This document shows positions 25,217-35,580 of a DNA stretch of 64,000 nucleotides, one piece after another. This DNA comes from Candidatus Omnitrophota bacterium. GTDB lineage: Bacteria; Omnitrophota; Gorgyraeia; B26-G9. Where the stretch lies: the NCBI GenBank assembly GCA_016213925.1, contig JACQZH010000007.1, positions 30,951 to 94,950 of the forward strand, given 5' to 3'. A program made the translations under genes and the position numbers. Under the pieces are notes generated by a model. It was not told the DNA's origin. It was given only the letters and a program-made list of their open reading frames with translations, and did no database searches. The first letter of the stretch is position 1; each line of letters opens with the position of its first letter.

Positions 25217-25420
25217 ATGAATAAAAAAGTAAAATGCCCGGAGTGCAAAAGCGAGATCGAAGTTGATTCCAGCGTTTCAGTGGGAGATATCGAACAGTGT
25301 TTAAACTGCGACATAGAATTAAAAGTAGTGAGCGTGATTCCGTTAAAGCTTGAAATAATGACTTGCAATTTTTCTGATGATGACGAAATGGATGAGGATG
25401 ACGAGGAAAATATGGATTAA
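25217..25420 (+). CDS. LysW-like zinc-ribbon amino-group-carrier-type protein with acidic C-terminal tail (67 aa).
   Basis: KCPECKSEIEVDSSVSVGDIEQCLNCDIELKVVSVIPLKLE matches the LysW pattern CPECG-x-ELELENPELGELV-x-C-x-DCGAELEVVGLDPLRLE. Followed by DDDEMDEDDEENMD. Confidence 0.55.
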   Translation: MNKKVKCPECKSEIEVDSSVSVGDIEQCLNCDIELKVVSVIPLKLEIMTCNFSDDDEMDEDDEENMD

Positions 25421-25482
25421 TTTTTCTTTGAACAATTAAGTGCAGCGGCCAGGATAAGCGTTAAAGAATAAAGCTGTTTTCT

Positions 25483-25524
25483 AAGAACTCTTTAAATTTT
25501 CAGTTGAAGAGTTCTTGTTTTTTT
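25483..25524 (+). terminator. Rho-independent terminator downstream of the LysW-like gene.
   Basis: aagaactctt ... aagagttctt 10-bp stem followed by a T7 run. Confidence 0.6.
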
Positions 25525-25672
25525 GGTATTTTTTTGGGTTGACGCTTAGGGCAGAATGGGGTAGTATAGGTGTCTATAAGATCAAAAAAGCAGCAACCAG
25601 AAACCAGTAACCAGAGATTAAAGCAAGTTTTTACGTATAGGCGGTAAAATTCAGGAAAGGGAAAGCAGCTAA

Positions 25673-27187
25673 ATGAAAGTTTTTTTAGCAGGATTTAATA
25701 TTGATACAGATGTTTTACGGCAGATGCAAGAAAAATCAGGGCGGCGCCAGGACATAACTCCGGAGGTTATTTGCGCTGCGTACGCGCGTATCAGCCGGGA
25801 TCCGCGTCCGGTTAATGAAATACGCCAGGATGCAAGAAACGAAGTTGAACGTTCCCGCAAATCAAATTCAACGATAATATTTAAAATGGGCCACCACTCT
25901 GTTGCCGAGCACGCGGTATTTAATCTGGATATTTTAGAGGTTTCCCGTTTCGCGATGGAAGAGCTTGAAAAGTTCAGGCTGTGTTCTTATACGGAAAAAT
26001 CGCAGCGCTATATTACGCTGGATAATGATTTTGTTGTTCCAGAGGAGATTAAAAACACTTGTTTTGAAGAGATGTTTATTTCCATGATTGAACAGCAGAA
26101 CAAAGCTTATTTTAAATTATTTGAACGGCTTAAAGAATATATTTTCGAAAAACACGCTCAATTGGCAAAGGACCCCAAAAATCATAATCTGCTGGAAGGA
26201 TGGGCAAAAGAAGATGCCCGTTATGTTACGGCACTGGCAACACATTCGCAAGTTGGGCAGACAATTAACGCGCGTAACCTGGAGCTTTTGCTGCGCAGAT
26301 TTGCTTCGCATCCTTTATCCGAAATAAAACAACTGGGAATTTCTATATATAATCAGATAGCAAGCATTGCTCCTTCTATTGTTATCTTCAATGAGGCGAA
26401 CGAACGTGACCTGAAAACGTATCCGGGTTTAAAAAAAGCGGCAAAAGAGCTGCTTGCAAAGGTGCCGCTTAAGCTTGCGCCGGGCACGCAGCAGAATGTA
26501 CAGCTGGTAGAATTTACGAAAAACGGAGATCTGGCAGTTGCGGCCGCGCTACTGCATGCGGCAACCGAGCTTACCTATGAAGATTGCCGCGTTGTTGCGG
26601 AAAAATTATCGCAAGAAGAGCAGAAAATGCTTTTTAAAAACGTATGGGAAAATATGCAGTTTTATGATTCCATGCTGCGCGAATTTGAATATACGAATCT
26701 CACTTTTAATATTGTTTTATCCGCGGCTTGTTTTGGACAGCTTAAACGCCACCGCATGTCAACAATATCAGCTCAAGAATATGATCCGAACCTGGGTGTT
26801 ACTGTGCCTGAATCGGTTAAAGAAACCGGCATGGAAAAATATTTTCAGGAAATTATTGATAAAACAAATGCTGTCTATAATAATATCAGCCGCGAAATTC
26901 CGATAGCCGCGCCATATATTTTAACTAACGCGCATCGTAAGAGAGTATTATTGCGCCTTAATGCGCGGGAACTTTACCACATATCCAGGTTAAGGGAAGA
27001 TACGCATTCTCAATGGGATATTCGTAATATTGCCGCGGGCATGAGCCAGAAAGCTAAACAGGTAATGCCGCTTACATTCGCTTGCATTGGAGGCAAAGAT
27101 AAGTATAGCGAGATTTACAAAAATCTTTATGGCCGGCTGCCAAAGGTAACTCAAGCTGTACTACCGCAGCCGCGGTCAATTACATAA
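25673..27187 (+). CDS. thyX: Flavin-dependent thymidylate synthase ThyX, tandem-duplicated (two ThyX domains in one 504-aa chain).
   Basis: Domain 1 has the SQRY end of the ThyX motif (RLCSYTEKSQRY). Domain 2 has the RHR beginning (RHRMSTISAQEY). Confidence 0.7.
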   Translation: MKVFLAGFNIDTDVLRQMQEKSGRRQDITPEVICAAYARISRDPRPVNEIRQDARNEVERSRKSNSTIIFKMGHHSVAEHAVFNLDILEVSRFAMEELEKFRLCSYTEKSQRYITLDNDFVVPEEIKNTCFEEMFISMIEQQNKAYFKLFERLKEYIFEKHAQLAKDPKNHNLLEGWAKEDARYVTALATHSQVGQTINARNLELLLRRFASHPLSEIKQLGISIYNQIASIAPSIVIFNEANERDLKTYPGLKKAAKELLAKVPLKLAPGTQQNVQLVEFTKNGDLAVAAALLHAATELTYEDCRVVAEKLSQEEQKMLFKNVWENMQFYDSMLREFEYTNLTFNIVLSAACFGQLKRHRMSTISAQEYDPNLGVTVPESVKETGMEKYFQEIIDKTNAVYNNISREIPIAAPYILTNAHRKRVLLRLNARELYHISRLREDTHSQWDIRNIAAGMSQKAKQVMPLTFACIGGKDKYSEIYKNLYGRLPKVTQAVLPQPRSIT

Positions 27188-27236
27188 CCTCAAAGTTTGA
27201 AATACGCCTGATTTTTAGGATAAAGCAATTAGCAGG

Positions 27237-27635
27237 TTATTCAGGAAGAGTCTTTTTACTTAGCCTTCCGTTTATATCCTCAACAATTTTATCAGCAAGC
27301 GATAAGCTGGGAAATCCTTTTTTCCTTGCAGTGACGTCTATGGATGCCGGCCTATCCTTCATCTGGCGGATATTAATGGTTATTTTCGCGCCGTCAACTT
27401 CTGCTTCAATTATGCCGCTTAACTGGTTTTCCGTTGCTATTTGGGCGTTCATTTCTTCCATTGTTGCCAATGCGGCATTCCACGCAGCCGAGTATTCCAC
27501 AAAACGTTCAAGGCGTATAGTGTCTACTCCCATCCCTACGCTTCCGGCTGTGGTTGCTCCAATCAATAAAGCGGAACAGCCGCATAAACAGCATAATGTC
27601 AGCATCCCTAAAATTGCGGTTAATATTTTTTTCAT
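27237..27635 (-). CDS. Lipoprotein, hypothetical.
   Basis: Signal peptide with lipobox (LCGCSA). Confidence 0.5.
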   Translation of the reverse strand: MKKILTAILGMLTLCCLCGCSALLIGATTAGSVGMGVDTIRLERFVEYSAAWNAALATMEEMNAQIATENQLSGIIEAEVDGAKITINIRQMKDRPASIDVTARKKGFPSLSLADKIVEDINGRLSKKTLPE

Positions 27636-28071
27636 GCTTTAATCCCTTCAACTTAAAAGTTATTAGAATTTAATAGGGCATCCCGAATGAAGCAGCTATA
27701 TTTAAAGATTCTTTGGGATCCATCTATTGCGGAATAATCAATAATCCGTAATATAAATCATATTATACCACAGATAGTAAAATTAAAAATAATTTTTTCA
27801 TCTTAGGACTTGCTAATAAATAGGGAGCATGGTATACTTATTTTCCTTTTTTATAAACCCGGGTTTTGCAATCGGCCATACCTGCTTTTGTTAAATGTTT
27901 TATGCAGGGCAAAGATTAGATTGTTTTCTAATGCCAATAAGCCGCTAGGCAATTTTGCGTGAGGGATAAAAAGCCGAAAGAAGAAATATGCTTTAATTTT
28001 TTGAAATTTGATGTATTATTTAGTCGTAAGAATAATAGTGGGAAAATGGATAATTAAAAGAGAGGTTTGAA

Positions 28072-30168
28072 ATGGCGAGAATTATTGACTTAAACAAAGT
28101 GCGCAATATCGGCATAATGGCGCATATCGACGCAGGAAAAACTACGGTTACGGAACGTATCCTGTTTTATACAGGGCGTTCACATAAGATTGGAGAGGTC
28201 CATGACGGCAAAGCCCAGATGGACTGGATGAAACAAGAGCAGGAAAGAGGGATTACAATTACTTCCGCGGCAACTACTTGTTATTGGAAAAATCATCGCG
28301 TAAACATTATTGATACTCCGGGGCACGTTGATTTTACAGTGGAAGTTGAACGGTCATTGCGGGTGCTTGACGGTGCGGTTGCTGTTTTCTGCGCTGTTGG
28401 CGGCGTAGAACCGCAAAGCGAAACAGTATGGAGGCAGTCGGATAAGTATAGTGTTCCGAAGCTGGCGTTTATTAATAAAATGGACCGTATCGGTTCGGAT
28501 TTTTTCAGCGTGGTTAAAAATATAGAAGAGGAGCTGGGAGCAAATGTTATTCCGCTGCAGATACCGGTCGGCGCCGAAGATAATTTCCGGGGAATTGTTG
28601 ATCTGATGGAGATGCAGGCTTATATATATGATGATAATTCCCAGGGAAAGAATTTTCATATAGAAGAAGTACCAGAAGAGTTAAAAGAACTTGCGAAAAA
28701 ATACCATCATATTATGGTCGAGAAAGCAATCGAACTTGACGATTCTCTAATGGAAAAATATCTTGAATCAGAAGAGTCTATCAGCAAGGAAGAGCTTATG
28801 GCAGCAATCCGCAAGGGTACAATCGCCAATAAGATTGTGCCGGCATTGTGCGGGTCCGCGTTTAAAAATAAAGGGGTGCAGCAATTACTTGATGCGGTTA
28901 ATCATTATTTGCCTTCGCCGGTGGATATCGCGGCAGTAGAAGGCCATGATCCGGATAGCCCGGAGAAAAAGTTTGTCCGTAAACCACTTGACGATGAGCC
29001 TTTTTCCGCGCTGGCATTCAAGGTGCAGTCTGATCCGCACATGGGCAAACTGATATATTTCAGGGTTTATTCCGGGTCGCTTAAAGCCGGTTCGTACGTA
29101 TACAACGCGACTAAAGGCCGCAGGGAGCGCATAGGCAGAATTTTGCAGATGCACGCGAACGAACGCGAAGTAAAAGAAGATGTTTTTGCCGGAGATATTG
29201 CGGCGGCTGTCGGTTTAGACCATACTGTTACCGGAGATACTCTCTGCGATGAAGATAATCTGATTGTTCTTGAGGCAATGGAGTTTCCGGCGCCGGTAAT
29301 GGCTTTGAGCATAAAACCGCAAAGCCGCGCTGACCAGGATAAGCTGGGCAAGGGGCTGATGCGTTTGGCAGAAGAGGACCCTACTTTTACCGTAAGCTCC
29401 GATAAAGAAACCGAAGAAACGATACTTTCCGGTATGGGAGAACTTCATCTGGAGATTATTGTGGATCGTTTAAAGCACGAGTTTAATGTTGAGGCAATAG
29501 TCGGCCAGCCGAAAGTGGCGTACCGCGAAACAATTGTTAAAAGCGCGGAAGAAAATTACAAACATGTGAAACAAACCGGCGGCAAAGGCCAATATGCGCA
29601 TGTAAAAATAGAGATTTTCCCAACCGAACCAGGGCATGGTTTCGAGTTCAATAATGAGATTGTCGGCGGATCTATTCCCAAGGAATATATTCCCGCGGTA
29701 GAAAAAGGAATTATCAGCGTTATGCAAAGAGGTATCTTTGCCGGATTTCCCATTGTTGACGTGCGTGTTGATTTAATCGACGGTTCTTACCATGAAGTTG
29801 ATTCATCGGAAATGGCTTTTAAAATTGCTGCTGGAGATTGTTTTAAACGCGCGTTTATGAAAGCGGCTCCGATATTGCTTGAACCGTATATGTCGATTGA
29901 AGCGACAACTCCCGAGGAGCATGTCGGAAGCGTTGTCGGAGATATCTGTTCGCGACGGGGAAAAGTGCTGGGCATGGAAGCTAAAAATAATTTACAGATT
30001 ATTTCAGCTGAAGCGCCGCTTTCCGAGATGTTCGGGTACGCGAGCGCCTTGCGTTCTTTAACAAGCGGCAGGGCGACTTATTCGATGCATTTTGAAAAAT
30101 ATGTCGAAGTGCCGTTTGCTATATCAGAAAAGATTGTCGAGGAAAAGAAAAAAGCGTCACAAAAATGA
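28072..30168 (+). CDS. fusA: Translation elongation factor G.
   Basis: [17 protein letters not shown] and NKMD G-motifs; full five-domain length of 698 aa. Confidence 0.95.
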   Translation: MARIIDLNKVRNIGIMAHIDAGKTTVTERILFYTGRSHKIGEVHDGKAQMDWMKQEQERGITITSAATTCYWKNHRVNIIDTPGHVDFTVEVERSLRVLDGAVAVFCAVGGVEPQSETVWRQSDKYSVPKLAFINKMDRIGSDFFSVVKNIEEELGANVIPLQIPVGAEDNFRGIVDLMEMQAYIYDDNSQGKNFHIEEVPEELKELAKKYHHIMVEKAIELDDSLMEKYLESEESISKEELMAAIRKGTIANKIVPALCGSAFKNKGVQQLLDAVNHYLPSPVDIAAVEGHDPDSPEKKFVRKPLDDEPFSALAFKVQSDPHMGKLIYFRVYSGSLKAGSYVYNATKGRRERIGRILQMHANEREVKEDVFAGDIAAAVGLDHTVTGDTLCDEDNLIVLEAMEFPAPVMALSIKPQSRADQDKLGKGLMRLAEEDPTFTVSSDKETEETILSGMGELHLEIIVDRLKHEFNVEAIVGQPKVAYRETIVKSAEENYKHVKQTGGKGQYAHVKIEIFPTEPGHGFEFNNEIVGGSIPKEYIPAVEKGIISVMQRGIFAGFPIVDVRVDLIDGSYHEVDSSEMAFKIAAGDCFKRAFMKAAPILLEPYMSIEATTPEEHVGSVVGDICSRRGKVLGMEAKNNLQIISAEAPLSEMFGYASALRSLTSGRATYSMHFEKYVEVPFAISEKIVEEKKKASQK

Positions 30169-30199
30169 TCCAAGGCAAAAGCTTAAAAAATACAGCTGC

Positions 30200-30228
30200 T
30201 TGACATTAATGCCGCTAGGCAGTATGAT
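30200..30228 (+). promoter_or_regulatory. sigma70-like promoter TTGACA-17-TATGAT upstream of the receiver gene.
   Basis: Hexamers read directly; positioned about 60 nt before ATG 30288. Confidence 0.4.
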
Positions 30229-30287
30229 TAAAAATGGTCAGCGCAAATGTTTTTTTGCGTTTTATCCGATCAGGGGGACGGAAGCGT

Positions 30288-30674
30288 ATGCCGGTTTTAA
30301 GAAGGGTTTTAATCATAGATGATGAAGAGCAGTTCTGCGTTATTCTTAAGAATAATTTAGAGCAGACAGGGCAATTCAGCGTGGATATCGCTTTTAACGC
30401 GCAACAGGGGCAGCTTTTAGCTAAGCAAAAACACCCGGATATTATTTTGCTTGATGTGCTTATGCCTGAAACACACGGCCCAAAACTAGCTGAAAATTTA
30501 AAAGAAGATCCGCAAACCGCAGACATTCCAATTATATTTCTTACGGCAGTGATCGCTAAAGAAGAATTAGGCGTAGATGTGATAAGAAAAATGGGGCGTT
30601 TTCACTGCATTGCTAAGCCTGTTGAAACCGAAGAACTTATCCAGTGTATCAATAAAATTAAGCCGGGCTGTTAA
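30288..30674 (+). CDS. Single-domain response regulator receiver. Start set at ATG 30288, which has an SD AGGGGGA; the longest ORF starts at 30234.
   Basis: LIIDDEE, LLDVLMP, FLTA and AKP receiver motifs. Confidence 0.75.
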   Translation: MPVLRRVLIIDDEEQFCVILKNNLEQTGQFSVDIAFNAQQGQLLAKQKHPDIILLDVLMPETHGPKLAENLKEDPQTADIPIIFLTAVIAKEELGVDVIRKMGRFHCIAKPVETEELIQCINKIKPGC

Positions 30675-30860
30675 TAGTCAAAATTAATTTACTGCCAGAT
30701 ATTTCTTAGGAATCCGTAAAATATAACCTAATTTGACATTGCGTAATAAAAAGATGTGATTTATAATATAAGACGGAACGTTACCGAGTTTCAAAAGGAA
30801 ATATTACTCAACAAGATTAATTCGGCCAGATAAGTTATGGCCTCACTAAGGAGCGCGTAT

Positions 30861-33422
30861 ATGAGCCAAGAGTTTACCGGTAATGAAGCCCGGCAGAATG
30901 ACGGCGATTCCGGGCAGAATAAAGCGGATCAAACGCAGTGGATAAGCATAAAACGCCCGATGACAAAAGACGGGGTAATAAGCTCGTTTAAGGATAACCG
31001 CCAGTATTTTCTGGCGAAGGACCAATATTCCGCGACAAAATACGATAATTTTATGGCTATGGCCATGTCTATTCGCGATCGGCTCGTAGAACGGTGGATT
31101 CTTACCCAGCAGCGTTACCACCGGGAAAATTTAAAAAGAGTTTATTATCTTTCCATGGAGTTTTTAATCGGCCGCCTCTTGGCAAATAATATCTTAAACC
31201 TGGGGATTTGGGATGAATCGCTTCAGGCGCTTGAAGAAATTGGTTTTGATGCGGATACGCTATTAAACCAAGAACCGGACGCGGGATTGGGAAACGGCGG
31301 ATTAGGAAGGCTGGCTGCCTGTTTTCTTGATTCAATGGCAACGCTTGGAATTCCGGCGTACGGCTACGGTATAAGGTATGATTACGGGATTTTTCATCAA
31401 AAGATTATCGACGGATACCAGGTAGAATTGCCGGATGAGTGGCTTAAGCGCGGTAACCCCTGGGAATTTGCCAGGCCTGAATATACGGTCAAGGTACGTT
31501 TTTACGGGAAGACCCGCTCATTTCATGACCGCAACGGCAGATTAAGGGTTGTCTGGGCTGATACAAAAGATGTTCTTGCCGTCCCCTATGATTTTCCGGT
31601 GCCCGGATATAAAAATGATGTTGTAAATACCTTGCGCTTATGGTCAGCGCGCAGCGCAGAAGAGTTCGATTTTGAATATTTCAATGACGGGGATTATGAG
31701 CGCGCGGTGTATGACCAGGTTTTTTCAGAGAATATTTCAAAGGTGTTATATCCGAATGATATTATTATCCAGGGTAAAGAATTACGATTAAAACAGGAAT
31801 ATTTTTTTACGGCAGCCGCGATTTCGGATATTATCCGCAGGTTCAAGGCGGATAACTCTGATTTGCGCGTTTTTCCTGAAAAAGCGGTTATTCAGCTTAA
31901 TGATACTCATCCGTCTCTGGCCATTGTTGAGCTGATGCGTATTTTAATCGATGAAGAAGATATGGAATGGGACAGCGCCTGGAATATTGTATCCAGGTCA
32001 TTTGCTTATACAAACCATACAATTATGCCGGAAGCGCTGGAATCCTGGCCGGTTCCGTTGTTTGAGAAAATTTTGCCCAGGCATCTGCAATTGATTTATG
32101 AAATAAACCACCGGTTTTTAAGAGAGGTTGCCAACCGCTATCCCTGGGACCAGTTTAGGCTGGGGAGGATGTCTATAATAGAAGAAGGAGATCCTAAATA
32201 TATAAGAATGGCCTATCTTAGTATTGTCGCCAGTTATTCCATTAACGGGGTTTCTGCGCTGCATTCAAAGTTGATAAAAGAAACGCTTTTTAAGGATTTT
32301 CATGATTTATGGCCGGAAAAGTTCAATAATAAAACTAACGGAGTTACCCAGCGGCGCTGGTTAAGAAAAGCCAATACCGGCTTAGCGGGTTTGATAAGCA
32401 AAACAATTTCCGATAAATGGATAACGAACCTTAATGAACTGGAAAACCTGATGCAGCATATCGAAGACCCTTCCTTTAGAGAACAATGGCGGCAGGTTAA
32501 AGCGGAGAACAAAAAAAAGCTTTCCAATTATATCTTCCAAACACTGCATATACAGGTTAATCCAGAAGCGTTGTTTGATGTGCAGGTTAAAAGAATCCAT
32601 GAATATAAACGCCAGCTTTTGTTCGGGCTTTATATCATTTCCCAGTATTTGAAATTAAAAGATAACCCCAATGCCGGGATTCTGCCGCGGACATTTATTT
32701 TCGGCGGAAAATCAGCGCCGGGATATTTTATGGCAAAGCTGGCGATTAAATTTATCAGCCGGATTGCCGATATCATAAATAATGACAAGGGAGTAAAAGA
32801 TATTTTGCGGGTAGCTTTCCTGGAAAATTACAGTGTTTCTTTAGCGGAAAACATATTCCCTGGCAGCGATCTTTCCGAGCAGATATCAACAGCCGGAACC
32901 GAGGCGTCCGGGACGGGATGCATGAAGTTTATGCTTAACGGAGCGTTGACGATCGGTACCTTAGACGGGGCTAACATTGAAATAAAAGAAGCGGTTGGAA
33001 ATGAGAATCTTTTTATTTTCGGGTTAAGAGAATCGGAAGTGCAGGCGCTTAAACATGGAGGATATGACCCGAAACAATACATTAGCCGTTCACCGATGTT
33101 AAAAGAAGTGTTTTCTTTGATTCAGAGCCACTTCTTTTCACCGCTTGACCCGGATCTTTTTGACCCGATAATAGACAACTTGCTTCTAAAGGATCCGTTT
33201 ATGATTTGTGCGGATTTTGATTCTTACTGTCAGGCGCAGGATAGGGTTTCTTCGGAATACCGCAACTTGGATGTCTGGACAAAGAAATCGATTGTTAATA
33301 CCGCTAAGTCAGGAAAATTTTCCAGCGACCGCACAATTGCCGAATACGCCAAACAGATATGGGGCGTGCCGGTTAATCAAAAGCTTTGCGGGGAATTTTT
33401 GGGGTCGGGTCAAAACTATTGA
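30861..33422 (+). CDS. glgP: Glycogen/alpha-glucan phosphorylase. Start at 30861 preferred because of the SD AAGGAG.
   Basis: EASGTGCMKFMLNGALTIGTLDGANIE (PLP-Lys region); about 850 aa and family-typical throughout. Confidence 0.9.
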   Translation: MSQEFTGNEARQNDGDSGQNKADQTQWISIKRPMTKDGVISSFKDNRQYFLAKDQYSATKYDNFMAMAMSIRDRLVERWILTQQRYHRENLKRVYYLSMEFLIGRLLANNILNLGIWDESLQALEEIGFDADTLLNQEPDAGLGNGGLGRLAACFLDSMATLGIPAYGYGIRYDYGIFHQKIIDGYQVELPDEWLKRGNPWEFARPEYTVKVRFYGKTRSFHDRNGRLRVVWADTKDVLAVPYDFPVPGYKNDVVNTLRLWSARSAEEFDFEYFNDGDYERAVYDQVFSENISKVLYPNDIIIQGKELRLKQEYFFTAAAISDIIRRFKADNSDLRVFPEKAVIQLNDTHPSLAIVELMRILIDEEDMEWDSAWNIVSRSFAYTNHTIMPEALESWPVPLFEKILPRHLQLIYEINHRFLREVANRYPWDQFRLGRMSIIEEGDPKYIRMAYLSIVASYSINGVSALHSKLIKETLFKDFHDLWPEKFNNKTNGVTQRRWLRKANTGLAGLISKTISDKWITNLNELENLMQHIEDPSFREQWRQVKAENKKKLSNYIFQTLHIQVNPEALFDVQVKRIHEYKRQLLFGLYIISQYLKLKDNPNAGILPRTFIFGGKSAPGYFMAKLAIKFISRIADIINNDKGVKDILRVAFLENYSVSLAENIFPGSDLSEQISTAGTEASGTGCMKFMLNGALTIGTLDGANIEIKEAVGNENLFIFGLRESEVQALKHGGYDPKQYISRSPMLKEVFSLIQSHFFSPLDPDLFDPIIDNLLLKDPFMICADFDSYCQAQDRVSSEYRNLDVWTKKSIVNTAKSGKFSSDRTIAEYAKQIWGVPVNQKLCGEFLGSGQNY

Positions 33423-33517
33423 CAAAATTGCCATTTTTTATCCGCTTCTCTCTGCCCTGCTTTAATACCTACGCATTGAGGGACATTAACTTGATATTTT
33501 CTACTGCAATTTTTCAG
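33408..33517. repeat. 110-bp dispersed repeat R1, copy 1 (overlaps the glgP stop); about 96% identical to 35680-35789.
   Basis: Direct comparison of ggtcaaaactattgacaaaattgccatttttta ... caatttttcag between the two loci. Confidence 0.85.
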
Positions 33518-33538
33518 ATAATATGATAATATTACACT

Positions 33539-33787
33539 ATGAAATACACTATTGAGTTTAAACCTCGTGCTGTTAAAGATTGCCGGCGTATTGATAAAAA
33601 ATTAGCAAGAATTATTTTTTTTAAAATTGAATCATTATCAAATAACTTACAGGGTGACGTGAAAAAGTTGGCAGATTTTACGCCTGAATACCGCCTGCGT
33701 GTCGGTGACTATCGGGTTTTATTTGAAATTGAAGAAGATAAAATTATTATTTATAGAATAAGGCACAGAAAAGAAGCCTACATTTAA
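33539..33787 (+). CDS. RelE/ParE-family type II toxin.
   Basis: 82 aa; C-terminal YRVLFEIEEDKIIIYRIRHRKEAY is a typical RelE/ParE fold signature. Confidence 0.7.
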   Translation: MKYTIEFKPRAVKDCRRIDKKLARIIFFKIESLSNNLQGDVKKLADFTPEYRLRVGDYRVLFEIEEDKIIIYRIRHRKEAYI

Positions 33788-33799
33788 GGAGGTTTTATA

Positions 33800-33997
33800 A
33801 TGACTATTCATGCTCAAATCTTAAAAAGAAACGGTAAAAATGAATTTGCTGTCCTGTCCTATGAAGAATTCCTAAAAATACAAGAAATACTGGATAACTA
33901 TGCGGATTTAAAAGCGTTACGTTTGGCAAAAGCTAAAGAAAAAAATGCTAAAACCGTTTCTTTAAAAGAAGCAAAAAAAATTATCCGCTTTAATTAA
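33800..33997 (+). CDS. Putative antitoxin (65 aa, non-HTH, Phd/RelB-like) downstream of the toxin.
   Basis: Small ORF 12 nt after the toxin with a helical Lys-rich C-terminus. The toxin-first gene order is read directly. Confidence 0.45.
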   Translation: MTIHAQILKRNGKNEFAVLSYEEFLKIQEILDNYADLKALRLAKAKEKNAKTVSLKEAKKIIRFN

Positions 33998-34070
33998 CCC
34001 TCTATCAACTCGCTTCAGCTAACTGGTGGGCATGCCCAGGAGCTCACCCCAGTAGCTGAGTTCACGCGTT

Positions 34071-34323
34071 GAGTTATGGGACATATTAGTTAATTAGATA
34101 TTGCCCATGGAATAAGTGTATTGCAACGAAAGGGAACGATGCCTGTTCCCTCCTTAGGGCGCTCCGACATCCTGTCTTCGCCCATTCACCTGAATTAAAG
34201 AACATCAGCTGAAAATTCCAAATGGGGAAATTCCATGCAGAAGCAAAAAATGATTGCCGCGGTAAAAGATAAGGATTAAAATAGAAACACGTATAAAAAT
34301 CACAAAAACAAAAGAAAAAGTCT
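34071..34323. repeat. About 250-bp dispersed repeat R2, copy A, with internal hairpin (gggaac ... gttccc).
   Basis: About 95% identical to 35885-35966 plus 36188-36357. Confidence 0.85.
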
Positions 34324-34434
34324 GTGGTTTGACTTTTTCTACAGGCTCGTTAGACAAAAATGAAAGGAGGATTTTAAAATAAATATTTAAAATAAATGTT
34401 AAATAAAATTTAATTTTAAAGAGGAGGTTATTCT

Positions 34435-35565
34435 ATGAAATGGGGAGGAATTGTTTTATTCATAATAGTCTTGGGCATAATAAATGTTTCTTTAGCTCAT
34501 GCCGTTGATTCTTCTGATATTATTGCTATGTGGCGTATGGATGAGGGCAATGGAAGCGTATTATATAATAGTTCAAATGCAGGATCGGCGTATGACGGGG
34601 ATATATACGGGGCAACTTGGACGGACGGGATCTCAGGCAAAGCGTTACAATTCGATGGTACTAGTGCATATGTGAAAATTCGCAGTAATGTTCCGACTCC
34701 AGTATCAGGATATACAATAGAAGCATGGGCATATCTTGATAGAACCCCTGATAACCTTTCAGGAATAATCCTTGAAAAGTGGTTGTCCGGACAAGGCCCT
34801 GCCTGGATATTAAGTGTACTTAATCAGCTTAACGGCATTTCCTTAAATCCAAATTTTGATTGGGGAGTATCCGGATCCGGACTGGGAACCCCGGCAAATT
34901 TTTCGGTAACATTAAATGAATGGCATTATATAGCAGGAACTGTCGCTTATAATCCTGCGACGAATATTGCCACAAGCAGAATCTATGTTGATGGCACGTT
35001 GAAAAATACAGTTATTGCCTCACATTCAGGCACCCCATCGGATTGCAATACTGATGTCGCTATCGGCGTGGGTGATTTTGCTAATTTAGAAAAAAGGCAT
35101 TATTTCCCGGGTAAAATAGATGAAATAACTATTTATAATCGAGCTTTATCCGATGAGGAGATTCAGCAAAACTATTATTCAATACTGGCATATGAAATCG
35201 GCTTAGATATTGATCCTAATTCATTAAATTTAAAAAGTAATGGAGAATATATTACTGGATATTTATGTTTAGACAAAAACATATCTTATTCTCAGGTAAA
35301 TATTAATACCATAAGAATAACCATGCTCAGCATTGAGAATGGAGAAAAAATAACAACTAATATTCCTGCTGTGCCTGGTCTTGAGGGATATTCTGATTAT
35401 GACGGTGATGAAATTATAGATATCATGGTAAAATTTGACCGGGATTCTTTAATTTCTTTACTCTTGTCAAAAGTAACCGAAAAAACAAAATTAGAAATTA
35501 CAGTTGAAGTAGAAACAATTTCCGGCAAGAAACTTATAGGTAAAGATACTATTATTGCAAAATAA
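34435..35565 (+). CDS. Secreted LamG-like (concanavalin A-like lectin/glucanase superfamily) domain protein.
   Basis: Signal peptide. ALQFDGTSAYVKI ... YTIEAWAYL and GKIDEITIYNRALS resemble the LamG_3 pattern. Confidence 0.55.
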   Translation: MKWGGIVLFIIVLGIINVSLAHAVDSSDIIAMWRMDEGNGSVLYNSSNAGSAYDGDIYGATWTDGISGKALQFDGTSAYVKIRSNVPTPVSGYTIEAWAYLDRTPDNLSGIILEKWLSGQGPAWILSVLNQLNGISLNPNFDWGVSGSGLGTPANFSVTLNEWHYIAGTVAYNPATNIATSRIYVDGTLKNTVIASHSGTPSDCNTDVAIGVGDFANLEKRHYFPGKIDEITIYNRALSDEEIQQNYYSILAYEIGLDIDPNSLNLKSNGEYITGYLCLDKNISYSQVNINTIRITMLSIENGEKITTNIPAVPGLEGYSDYDGDEIIDIMVKFDRDSLISLLLSKVTEKTKLEITVEVETISGKKLIGKDTIIAK

Positions 35566-35580
35566 GCATCAGAGAACTAG

